Shown here piece after piece: positions 42,222-52,078 of a stretch of DNA of 64,000 bases (its first letter is position 1; each line of letters begins with the position of its first letter). Source of the DNA: Dictyostelium discoideum. Lineage: Eukaryota. Under the pieces are notes generated by a model. The model was given only the letters and a program-made list of their open reading frames with translations, was not told the DNA's origin and searched no databases. The position numbers and the translations under genes were made by a program. The stretch is taken from positions 4,192,001 through 4,256,000 of the forward strand of contig CM000154.2 of the NCBI GenBank assembly GCA_000004695.1, written 5' to 3'.

Positions 42222-42371
42222 AACATCAACATCTTCTTTACCACCTTCTGAAACTTCACAAATTAATTTTCCATTTGTTGGATTAAAAGTTTTTAATTTC
42301 TTTCCAGAAACTGACTCTACCCATTCATTATTAATAAATAATTTAGTATTTGGTAATTGAACTTTAGACAT
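42222..42371 (-). CDS. ALDH-B exon 1 ([50 protein letters not shown]).
   Basis: ATG at 42371. Donor GTACGT at 42221-42216. Intron of 152 bp. Confidence 0.85.
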
Positions 42372-42455
42372 TATATTTTTGTTTAATAATTAATGAAGGA
42401 AAAAAAAAAAATTAATAATAAAAAAAAAAAAGGTGGATATTCATAAATAATATCA

Positions 42456-42494
<39 letters not shown>

Positions 42495-43158
42495 AAATTA
42501 AATTAAATTAAATCTCAGGATGATTGAAGTTTTTTGAGGTTGAATATTAAAAAAAAAAAAATAATAAAAAATAAATAATTGAAGAAAAAAAAAATCTATT
42601 ATAAAGATTGGTGTGAAACCAATGAAAAAAAAAAAAAAAATCTATTATTTATAAAGATTTGTGTGAAACCAATGAAAAAAAAAAAAAATAATAAAAAGAA
42701 AGTTGATATTTAAAAAATTAAATTATTTTTATTAAATTGTTTGAATTTTTGATTTTTTTATTAAACTGTTTGAATTTTTATTATTTTAATTATTTTAAAA
42801 AAAAAATTCTATTGAATGTTTAAAGAACTTCTGAACGTTTGTTCTGAATTAAACCAAACACGGGATAATTTTAAAATTACTTTGTTTGAATATTTAATAT
42901 TAAAAAAATATTTTTCTATTTGGGAATTGTTGTTCTGAATGATTGTTCTATCAAAAAAAAGTTTTTTTTTATTTTTTTTTTTTTCAATTTTACAATTTTA
43001 TTTTTTTTTTAATTTTTTTTTATTTTTTGTAATTTAATTTTTATTTTAATTTATTTTTTTTAATTTATTTTTTTTAATTATTTAAATAAAAAAAAAAAAA
43101 AAAAATTTATTCATTCTTAAATTTTAAAAATAAAATTAATAATAAATTTAAAAAAATA
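42372..43158. promoter_or_regulatory. Bidirectional (head-to-head) intergenic region shared by ALDH-B (-) and ALDH-C (+).
   Basis: 787 bp between divergent ATGs. It contains a tandem duplicated block (gattggtgtgaaaccaatgaaaaaaaaaaaaaaaatctattat...) at about 42612-42690. Confidence 0.35.
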
Positions 43159-43308
43159 ATGTCAAAAGTTCAATTACCAAACACAAAATTATTTATTAAC
43201 AATGAATGGGTAGAGTCAATTTCTGGAAAGAAATTTAAAACATTTAATCCAACAAATGAAGAATTAATTTGTGAAGTTTCTGAAGGTGATAAGGAAGATG
43301 TTGATAAA
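43159..43308 (+). CDS. Aldehyde dehydrogenase paralog C, exon 1 ([50 protein letters not shown]).
   Basis: ATG at 43159. Donor GTATTT at 43309. Confidence 0.85.
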
Positions 43309-43357
43309 GTATTTATAAATATTTTTTGAAAAATTAAAAAAAAAAGTTTTGTAAAAA

Positions 43358-43399
<42 letters not shown>

Positions 43400-43460
43400 T
43401 AATATGTTTTTATTTTTTATTTATTTTTATTTTTTATTTTTTATTTTTTTTTTTTAATAG

Positions 43461-44795
43461 GCAGTAAAAGCAGCAAGAAATGCATTTGAAAATGGACCAT
43501 GGGGTACAACAATGTCATCAGAAGAAAGAGGTAGAATTATATTGAAATTGGCAAATTTAATTGAAAACCATAAAGAGAAACTTGCACAATTGGAAACATT
43601 GGATAATGGTAAATCAATTGTTTCAGCAAGGGAAGATATTGATTTTTGTGTTAGAGTAATTCGTTATTTCGGTGGTTGGGCTGATAAAATTCAAGGCAAA
43701 ACCATCCCAATTAGTAGTGAATTCACATCGATTACTAAACACGAGGCAATTGGTGTAGTTGCTTTAATTGTTGCTTGGAATTATCCAGTGATGTTGTTAT
43801 GTTGGAAATTGGGACCAGCTTTAGCTGCAGGTTGTACAATCGTTGCTAAATCATCTGAATTCACCCCATTGACTGCATTATATCTTTGTGAATTATTTAA
43901 AGAAGCTGGTTTCCCACCTGGTGTTTTCAATTTAGTCAATGGGTTTGGTGCAACTGTTGGTAATGCATTATCATATCATATGGATATCGATAAGATTTCA
44001 TTCACTGGTTCAACTATAACTGGTAGAAAAATTATGGAAGGTGCAGCAAAGAGTAACTTAAAACCAGTGACATTAGAACTTGGTGGTAAGTCTCCAAATA
44101 TCTTCTTTTCAGACTGCCAAATTGATCATTGTGTTGAGGCTGCTAAGGATTACGTATTCTCAAATAACAGTCAAAACTGTTGCTTCTCATCAAGATTCTT
44201 TGTTCATGAGAGTATCCATGACGCTTTCTTGGCATTATTCACAGAGAAGATTAAACAATTAAAAGTTGGTGATCCATATGAAGAATCCAACAATTTAGGC
44301 CCATTGGTTAGTAAACAACAACATGATCGTGTATTGGGTTACATTGAAAAAGGTAAGAGTGAAGGTGCAACTTGCCATTTAGGTGGTGTTAAACATCAAA
44401 TTGATGGTAAAGGTTATTTCGTTCAACCAACTATTTTCACCAATGTCACTGATGATATGACAATTTGTAAAGAAGAAATCTTTGGTCCTGTTGTCGTAAT
44501 TTTAAAATTCAAAACTGTTGATGAAGTAATTAAAAGAGCAAATAACACAACCTATGGTTTAGCAGCTGGTATTTGGACTAAAGATATCAGTTTAGCATTA
44601 AATGTTTCAAATAAATTAAAAGCTGGTTCAGTTTGGGTAAATAATTATGATAACTGTTTACCACAAGTACCATTCGGTGGTTTCAAACAATCTGGTATTG
44701 GTCGTGATTTATCTGAATATGCAATTCAAAGCTATTTATCTGTTAAAGCTGTTACAATTGCTCATAAAACTTTACATGCTCACCAACAACAATAA
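43461..44795 (+). CDS. ALDH-C exon 2 (AVKAARNAFENGPWGTTMSSEERG ... to the end).
   Basis: Acceptor TTTTTAATAG at 43451-43460. The frame is continuous with the track ORF at 43512..44795. Motifs are ELGGKSP and QNCCFSSR. Confidence 0.85.
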   Translation, partial: AVKAARNAFENGPWGTTMSSEERGRIILKLANLIENHKEKLAQLETLDNGKSIVSAREDIDFCVRVIRYFGGWADKIQGKTIPISSEFTSITKHEAIGVVALIVAWNYPVMLLCWKLGPALAAGCTIVAKSSEFTPLTALYLCELFKEAGFPPGVFNLVNGFGATVGNALSYHMDIDKISFTGSTITGRKIMEGAAKSNLKPVTLELGGKSPNIFFSDCQIDHCVEAAKDYVFSNNSQNCCFSSRFFVHESIHDAFLALFTEKIKQLKVGDPYEESNNLGPLVSKQQHDRVLGYIEKGKSEGATCHLGGVKHQIDGKGYFVQPTIFTNVTDDMTICKEEIFGPVVVILKFKTVDEVIKRANNTTYGLAAGIWTKDISLALNVSNKLKAGSVWVNNYDNCLPQVPFGGFKQSGIGRDLSEYAIQSYLSVKAVTIAHKTLHAHQQQ

Positions 44796-44849
44796 AATAA
44801 AAATAAAAATAAAATAAATTTAAAAATATATATATTTATTTATTTATTT

Positions 44850-45263
44850 TTAAATTAATGTTTTTTTTAAATATTTACTACCTTCTCTAATTGAAAGAAT
44901 TGATAAATTATTACGATTTAATTCAATAAATTCAAAAACTTTATTATGATGAGTTTTACTTAATTGTCTTAAACTCCAACCAATTGCTTTTCTAATAAAG
45001 AATTCTTTATTAAAATTATCATTTACCAATAATTTATTAATAAAATTAAATAGTAAATCAATATTAATTTGATCCTTTTTAAAAGTTAATTGAAATAATA
45101 AACAAATTCTACGATCCCAAAAACTATCACTTTCAATCCATTTATCTGTATATTCTTTTATTTGATCCGGATATTCTTTAAAATGTCCACCAATTAATTT
45201 AGATGAAATTATATCAATTGTATCCCAAAATGGTTCAGTTTGTGCAAATTTTTCATAAAGTTC
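44850..45263 (-). CDS. AlkD-like DNA alkylation repair glycosylase (HEAT-like repeat family), exon 3 (ELYEKFAQTEPFWDTIDII ... FFIRKAIGWSLRQLSKTHHNKVFEFIELNRNNLSILSIREGSKYLKKTLI).
   Basis: Acceptor AATAAG ending at 45264. Stop TAA at 44852-44850. FFIRKAIGWSLRQLSK matches the conserved AlkD-family helix. Confidence 0.65.
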   Translation of the reverse strand, partial: ELYEKFAQTEPFWDTIDIISSKLIGGHFKEYPDQIKEYTDKWIESDSFWDRRICLLFQLTFKKDQINIDLLFNFINKLLVNDNFNKEFFIRKAIGWSLRQLSKTHHNKVFEFIELNRNNLSILSIREGSKYLKKTLI

Positions 45264-45294
45264 CTTATTAATTTAAAAAAAATTGAAAAAATTA

Positions 45295-45358
45295 ATTTTA
45301 TATTTTATATTTTATATTTTTATATTTTTATATTTTTATATTTTATATTTTATATTTT
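45295..45358. repeat. (TATTTTA)n / (ATATTTT)n minisatellite inside intron 2 of the AlkD-like gene.
   Basis: Tandem 7-8 bp units, about 8 copies. Confidence 0.85.
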
Positions 45359-45364
45359 ACTTAC

Positions 45365-45643
45365 AATTCTTGATTCTGGTAATTTTATTTTTTTACAAGT
45401 TTGTTGCCATGCTGCTAATTCAATTGCAACATATTTAAATTCTCTCTCTGGTTGATTATAAATTGTTAATAAATCATCATCAGTATAATCTCTACCATTC
45501 TTTTCAATAAATGATTTCATTAATTCTTTTCTATCAGGTGATTGTAATCCTAAGAATGGGAATTGATCACGCATATATTTTTTCATTGCAATTGCTTTTT
45601 TTGAATCACTTTCATTTTTAAAATGTTTAATTAAATTTGATAC
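45365..45643 (-). CDS. AlkD-like gene exon 2 (VSNLIKHFKNESDSKKAIAMKKYMRDQFPFLGLQSPDRKELMKSFIEKNGRDYTDDDLLTIYNQPEREFKYVAIELAAWQQTCKKIKLPESRI).
   Basis: The KKYMRDQFPFLGLQSPDRKEL motif matches the Pfam DNA_alkylation family signature (mkkYmk..fpflGv..P.lR). Acceptor AAAAAG ending at 45644. Donor GTAAGT at 45364-45359. Confidence 0.65.
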
Positions 45644-45762
45644 CTTTTTAGTTTTTTAATTTTAGTTTGTTTTTTTTATTTTATTTTTAAAAAATGGAAT
45701 AAATAATAATTATTTTTATTTTTTTTTTTTTTTTTTTTTTTTTCATCAAAAAGGATACATAC

Positions 45763-45783
45763 ATATTTACTTGATTTTGACAT
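45763..45783 (-). CDS. AlkD-like gene exon 1, a micro-exon (MSKSSKY).
   Basis: ATG at 45783. The donor GTATGT at 45762-45757 and the phase-0 junction give the reading MSKSSKY|VSNLIKHF. The total is 237 aa, matching AlkD length. Confidence 0.45.
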
Positions 45784-46132
45784 ATTTTTATAAATTATAA
45801 ATAAAAAAAAAATAGTTGTGGTAGTGGAAATAATAATAGTAAACTCAAAAAAAAAAAAAAAAAAAAAAAAAAAATGTGAATAAAATTAAAAATAAAAATG
45901 AATAAAAAATCAAAATAAAAAAATCAAATTCCAAGAAATGTTATTTTAAAAATGTTTTATTTTTATTTTTTTTTTTTTTTATTTTTTATTTTTTTTTTTT
46001 TTTAGTAAAGGTGAAGTTCTGGTTTTACTGTTATTAATGATCGTTCAATTGTTTTTTTTTTTTTTGTTTTGTTTTTTTAATTTTTTTTGTTTTTTTTTTT
46101 TGTTTTAGTTGTTTTTTATTAATATGATTTGT

Positions 46133-46162
46133 TTAATCGTCTTGTTCTAAACATTCGAAAAT
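46133..46162 (-). CDS. Terminal micro-exon (IFECLEQDD, stop) of the Q/N/G-rich protein.
   Basis: Donor GTATGT at 46353-46348, immediately followed by poly-T, and acceptor TTAAACAG ending at 46163. The alternative is read-through into poly-F. Confidence 0.35.
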   Translation of the reverse strand: MFECLEQDD

Positions 46163-46353
46163 CTGTTTAATTAAAAAAGAAAAAAAAAAAAAAAATTTTA
46201 GTAATTGTTTTATTTATTAAAAAAAAAAAAAATCAAAAAAATGGGTTTGCAAAAAAGACAAAAAAAAAAAAAAGTGAAAAAACGAAATTTTGGTCAAAAA
46301 AAAAAAAAAAAAAAGTGATTGTGTGGTGTGGAAAAAAAAAAAAAAAAACATAC

Positions 46354-46850
46354 ATTTCCAGAAGTCTTGGCAACAGTTGGTTGTGATACTTCTTTTGATG
46401 GTTGATCTTTTGGATGTCTTGCTGGACCAGTTGATTTCCAACCATCTTCTTCTCTCTTGTTGTTGTATTTATTTTGTCCAAATGGTTTCTTGTTATCAAA
46501 TTTGTTGTTGTTATCAAATTTATTGTCATTTTGTTTGAATCCACTATTAGTTCTCATTGAGTTTGGTCTGTATTTATTATCATTTTGTTGTTGTGGTTGT
46601 TGTTGACCTTGTTGACCTTGTTGAGTTGGTTGTTGTTGTTGCTGTTGTTGTTGGGTTGGTTGTGGTTGTTGTTGAGTTGGTTGTTGTGGTTGAGTAGAAT
46701 TTGAAAGATGAACTTTAGAAGTATCAATTGGAGTAGCATTACCAAATGGATTAACTTTAGAAGTTGATTGTGGTTGGAATGATTGATTATCACCTGATGA
46801 TGATGATGATTGATTTGAATAACTTGGTGGAACAAAGCCTGGTTGTTTTC
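46354..46850 (-). CDS. Exon 2 of the Q/N/G-rich protein (R-KQPGFVPPSYSNQSSSSSGDNQSF ... QQPTQQQ ... WKSTGPARHPKDQPSKEVSQPTVAKTSGN).
   Basis: Acceptor AATTAATAG ending at 46851. In frame with the track ORF at 46294..46557. Confidence 0.55.
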
Positions 46851-47007
46851 CTATTAATTTTTTTAAAAAAAAAAAAAAATAAAATAAAAAAAAATAAAAA
46901 ATGAAGGTGGGGGAGGGAGGGTGGGTGAAAAAGAAGAGGTTAATATATTTTTTTTTTATAAATAGATATAAAATATTTTAAAAAATATATAGATATAGAT
47001 AATTTAC

Positions 47008-47878
47008 TTGTATAATTAAGAACAGTAATTTGAGAATCATTAAATTTAGTACCAGTTAATTTCATTGTTTTAAGATAATTTTCAGAATCTTTTAATGATA
47101 CAATTGTTTCATTTGGTGCGAAATTGATATCAGAGTATTCAATTAAATGTGATTGTAAAAACTCTTGGAAGAGTTCTTTTGATGCATTAGCTTCGTCATA
47201 GCCAGTGATTGAAACTTCATTTCTCTTATAGTTGATAGAATTCTTTTGAGTATATTGATTATTATTATTATTATTGTTGTTATTATTGTTGTAGTTATTA
47301 TTTTGATAACCACCTTGTTGCATTCTATTATTGTTATAATTGTTGTTGTTGTTGTTGTTATTTTGGTAACCGCCACCTTGTTGCATTCTATTGTTATTAT
47401 TTTGATAACCACCTTGTTGGTTATTGTTATTGTTGTTGTATCTATTTTGGTAACCACCTTGTTGGTTGTTATTGTTATATCTGTTGTTGTTATTGTTTTG
47501 GTATCCGCCTTGTTGGTTATTGTTATTGTTGTATCTGTTGTTGTTGTTATTTTGATAACCACCTTGTTGACGGTTATTATTATTGTTATTGTTATAGTAA
47601 TTATTACTATTATTACTATTACCGCTATAATCTCCTCTACCACCTGATGATCTGTTGTTATTGTTGTTGTAGTTATCACGTTCATCATCTTGAGTTTGTG
47701 GTGGTTGTTGTTGTTGTGGTGGTTGTTGTTGTTGTTGTTCAACTACTGGTTCTGGTTGAATTGATGCTTGAGGTAAAGAAGATTGAGTTGGTTGTTGTGG
47801 TTGAACTGGTTCAACAATTGCTTTCATCTCATTCTCTCTCTCTTCATTTTCAGTTTCATCTGCCCAATTTAGACTCAT
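47008..47878 (-). CDS. Exon 1 of the Q/N/G-rich protein. It has an acidic N-terminus (MSLNWADETENEE), a poly-Q/P region, (QQGGYQNNNN)n repeats and a globular segment (EVSITGYDEANASKELFQEFLQSHLIEYSDINF).
   Basis: ATG at 47878. The donor GTAAAT at 47007-47002 sits inside the track ORF's tail, so the ORF's last 20 residues are intron read-through. Function unknown (RGG/YQ-like low-complexity, possibly RNA-binding). Confidence 0.55.
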
Positions 47879-48431
47879 TTTGTTGTCTATTTTAAATTTT
47901 TTTTTTTTTTGGAAATAAAATAAAAAGTTTTAAAAATAAAAAATTTATAGAAAAAAAATGAAAAATAGAATTTAAAAAATAAAATTTAAAAAAATGAAAG
48001 AGATTAAAATATTAATAAAATTAGAATTATAATAGTGTATATGTATATATATATGAATAATTGAATTTATTAAAGATTTAGAACACAACCACTTAATATT
48101 ATTATTATATTATTGTTGGTGGATAATGTGGGGGGAGTGTGGTATTTTTATTTTTATATTTATTTATATTTAATTTTTTTTTTTTTTTATTTTTTGTTTA
48201 TTTTTATAATAATATTGTTATTCATTTTTTTAATTTTCTTTTTTTTTTTTTTTTATGTTTTGTTTTCAATTTGTTTATTTATTTCATCAAATAATAAAAT
48301 TTGATCAAACTAAGTGAAAATCAAGTGAGTACTCAAAATAAATAAATAAATAAATACCTTGTAGTTTTGTTTTGACAATTTCACTTTTATTATTTTTTTT
48401 TTTTTTTTTTTTTTTTTTTGAAAAAAATTAA

Positions 48432-48471
<40 letters not shown>

Positions 48472-49585
48472 AAAAAAAAATTAAAAAAAAAAAAAAAATT
48501 GATTTGTGCATTGGAACTTTAAAGTTAGTCAATAAAAATTTTTATTTATACTTTAATTTTTTTTTTTTTTTTTTTTTTTTATATTTTTAATTTTAATTAT
48601 TTATTTAAATAATAAATAATAAAAAAAAAAAAATAATAAAAATAAAAAAACCTATATACCAAAATAGAAATTAAATAATTGAAAATAGTTGAAATTATTT
48701 ATTTCAAATTCATAATATTTATTATTTCCAAAAAAAAAAAAAAAAAAAAAAAATTTCTGGATTATTTTTTTAATTTTTTTAATTAAGCCAAACAATTATA
48801 ATGGTTATGATTATAATCACAACATATTTAGATATATTAAAAAAAAAAAAAATAAAAAATAAAAAAATAAAAAAAAATAAAAAAAGTTGACCAACCGTTA
48901 CCAAAAATTGATTCACTTTTTCAATTTTTACTTTTCGACCTTTGCACAAATTTTTATTCAGATATTTTCATTTTTAATGCCTATATTTTTTTTTATTTTT
49001 TTTTTTTTTTAAAAATGATTCTATTTAAACTTTTTTTTTTTTATTTTTTTTATTTTAATCAATATTTTATATATATCCCCCCCTTAAATTAATTTTTTTT
49101 AAAAAACTTACAAATAATCAAAAATGATGAATTTATCTTATAACTCCAAAAGTAGGAATTTAATTTATTTATTTTTAGGAAATAAAAATAAAAAAATAAA
49201 TCTAACCCTTTTTTTTTATTTTATTTTATTTTTTGTATTTTTTTATTATAAACTATGAATATAGGCAAAGCAACTGTAATCTTTGTTAGCAATTCTACAA
49301 GAAATAGTTCCTCCTCATCTCGTTCATCTTATTCATCAAGAACAACAGTTTTCTCTTTATAAAAAAAGTTTACAATTGTAAAACATTATTAATAAATATT
49401 ACCTGTAATAATTATTAATACATCAACATATTATTATTATTTTTTTATTATTTTTTTAAACAAAATTATTGTCGATGGAATTTTCTTTTATTTTATTTTA
49501 TTTTTTTCTTTTTTATTTTATTTTGGATCAAAATTCGAGCATGGTTTTGAATAAAATTCGTGCATCGTTCTGAATTTTAAAATAT

Positions 49586-49646
<61 letters not shown>

Positions 49647-50894
49647 TTAGAACTTAAAATTTTTTTTTTTTTTTTTTTTTTTATATAAATCAAAGTAATC
49701 AATAAATTGTTTAAATATTAATTAAAATAAAATAAAATAAAATGAATGGCCCAAGATATGCTCATTCCAATTATGGTAAATGACCAATTTTTTTTTTTAA
49801 AAAAAAAAAAAAGTGATTACTAATAATTTTTTTTTTATTTTTTAAAAACTGAAAAAAAAAAGGAGGAAATAAAGGAGGACCTTCAAATTCAACAAGTGGA
49901 GGTAGAACTAGATTTGGCATTTAGAATATTAATCAATTAATTTTCCAACTTAACCTATTTTAATAAAATTACTATTAAAATCAAATTTTATTGTTTTTTT
50001 GTCTTTTTTATTTTATAAATTTATTGTTGATATTTTTTTTATTTTTTTATTTTATTTTATTTTTAATAATTTTTTTTTTTTTTTTTATCAGTCACCAACC
50101 GACGCCGAAATAAAATTTTATTTTTTTATTTTTTTTTTTATTTTTCAATCAATCTCTCAACCATTTTATTTTATTTTTTTTTTATTTTATATAAATATAA
50201 ATATATATAAATTATTTCAACCATGTGTAAGACTTTTTGGAAAAAAAAAAAGTAAAAAAAAAAAATATTCAATTAATAAATTCTTATATTTTTTATTTTT
50301 TTTTTTGATAAAATAGTATTTGCAGGTGATATAAGATGCCAAGTTTCAAACAAATCCATTATGTTAATTTCTTTGAAAATTACAAATTCCCCAAATAGCA
50401 ATTCTAGAGGATCATCATCATCATCGTCAACATCAAAATCATCATCAAAAACTAGTTTCACTCAATAAATTAAAATTTGTTTTTTATCATCAAGAAATTA
50501 ATTTTTTTTTTCTTTTTTTTTTTTTTTTTTATTTTTGTTATTAAAGATTTGGATAAATCTATATAGAATTGGTTTACCAGTCTATATATATATATAGATA
50601 CATTAAGTAATTTAATAATTAAATGGAAAAAATTAAAAATTTGTATTTCTTTATTTATTTAAAAAAAAAAAACTCAATTTTAAATTTTTTCAAATAACGA
50701 TTTATAATGAATATTCATTAACTCACGCCCCTAAATTGTGTTTGATTTTTTATTGTTATTTTTTTTGCGTCTTAATGTAGTTTAATCACTAAAAATCATG
50801 TAATTTCTATCAAAAATGGATAATAATTTTAACTATATTATTGTGTATATTGTTGTAATCTAGCTAAATTAAAAGTAGAATTAAAAAATTTTAA

Positions 50895-51650
50895 TTAATT
50901 TAAATATTGAAATGGAATTGAATAAATTTTTTGTTTGATTGTAAAAAGGTCAATAGCTAATGCAGGAAGATTATTTGGAAATGATGAATTTTGAAAAAAT
51001 AATGAGTTTGGTTGGATGGTAATGGTGTAGATTGGGTTATTTGGTGTATTATTTACATTATCATTATTAAATAATGAACCTGTAATTGGTGTATTATTAT
51101 TTGATAAGTTTATATATTTTCTGATATCAATCTCAGTGAATCTTTGAGAACCAAAAGAAATTATTTTTAATGGATCTACAATACTAAAAGTACGATCAAA
51201 AAGAACAGCAGAGTTCTGACCAACACCTAAAGAATAAAGGTGAAGTAAAATAACAATGTTTATAGAACTATTGCCAAAAAAACATCTACATTTATTGAAC
51301 GCTTCTTTTTTACTTTGTGATTTATAATTTACTTCAAATACTAATAATACACTTCTTGGAAATTGACTTGGTAAAATTTCAAAAGAACCATCTGGATTAT
51401 AATCTGTATTCTCTTTAATAATAACATCAGCACTACCTGAACCTCCAATATAGCCATATGTATTGTAATAATTTAAAATTATTCTATTCATTTCCATTGA
51501 AACTGTTCCATGGAAAACTGATTCACTTAATTTATTAATTATTACCAATCCATTTAATAAGAATGCATTTTTATTATTACTACGATCATTTGTAAATGAA
51601 TTAAAGTTTACTTTCTTTTCAATTACAAACCCATTATAACCATTGCTCAA
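50895..51650 (-). CDS. Hypothetical protein of about 250 aa. The 5' end is uncertain. The track M is a TTG, and the first in-frame ATG is at ...VSMEMNRI.
   Basis: Stop-free frame whose upstream limit is the TAG codon formed by the TTTAG acceptor (AG at 51672-51671), so the frame opens at about 51670. No recognisable domain. A possible upstream mini-exon could not be phased. Confidence 0.4.
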   Translation of the reverse strand: MSNGYNGFVIEKKVNFNSFTNDRSNNKNAFLLNGLVIINKLSESVFHGTVSMEMNRIILNYYNTYGYIGGSGSADVIIKENTDYNPDGSFEILPSQFPRSVLLVFEVNYKSQSKKEAFNKCRCFFGNSSINIVILLHLYSLGVGQNSAVLFDRTFSIVDPLKIISFGSQRFTEIDIRKYINLSNNNTPITGSLFNNDNVNNTPNNPIYTITIQPNSLFFQNSSFPNNLPALAIDLFTIKQKIYSIPFQYLN

Positions 51651-51922
51651 AAGCTCAATATTCTAAATTTATTTAAAAATTATATTATTAAAAATTATAG
51701 AAATAGATTTAAATTAATTATTATCAATATTATTTTTAAAATTAAAATATTTCAGTGATTGAACAACTTACATTTCTAATAAAAACTAATTTCTCTTCAT
51801 TGAAATATCAACATATCTTGAACCACCATCCATATTAATAACATCAAGTGAAGGATTTCCATTATCTGAATCTTCTTCCATTTACAGGTAAATATTATTT
51901 AATTTTTATGAAATATGTAATT

Positions 51923-51985
51923 CTAATAGATGATATCATTATTATAATATGTAAATATTCTTATAATAATGATATCATCTATTAG
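51923..51985. repeat. Perfect 25-bp inverted repeat (CTAATAGATGATATCATTATTATAA / TTATAATAATGATATCATCTATTAG) with a 13-nt loop.
   Basis: Exact reverse-complement arms seen directly. It lies about 270 bp upstream of the minus-strand gene ending at 51650. Confidence 0.9.
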
Positions 51986-52033
51986 ATTTCAAAAGAACAA
52001 ATAAATGAAATTTTTTTCAATATTTAAAAAATA

Positions 52034-52078
<45 letters not shown>

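Noticed and set aside
51651-51890. An upstream mini-exon (MEEDSDNGNPSLDVINMDGGSRYVDISMKRN) for the 50895-51650 gene, via GTAAGT at about 51745.
   Set aside because: The ATG frame terminates at TAG before the candidate donor. No phase-consistent join to the downstream exon could be built, so the gene is left 5'-uncertain.
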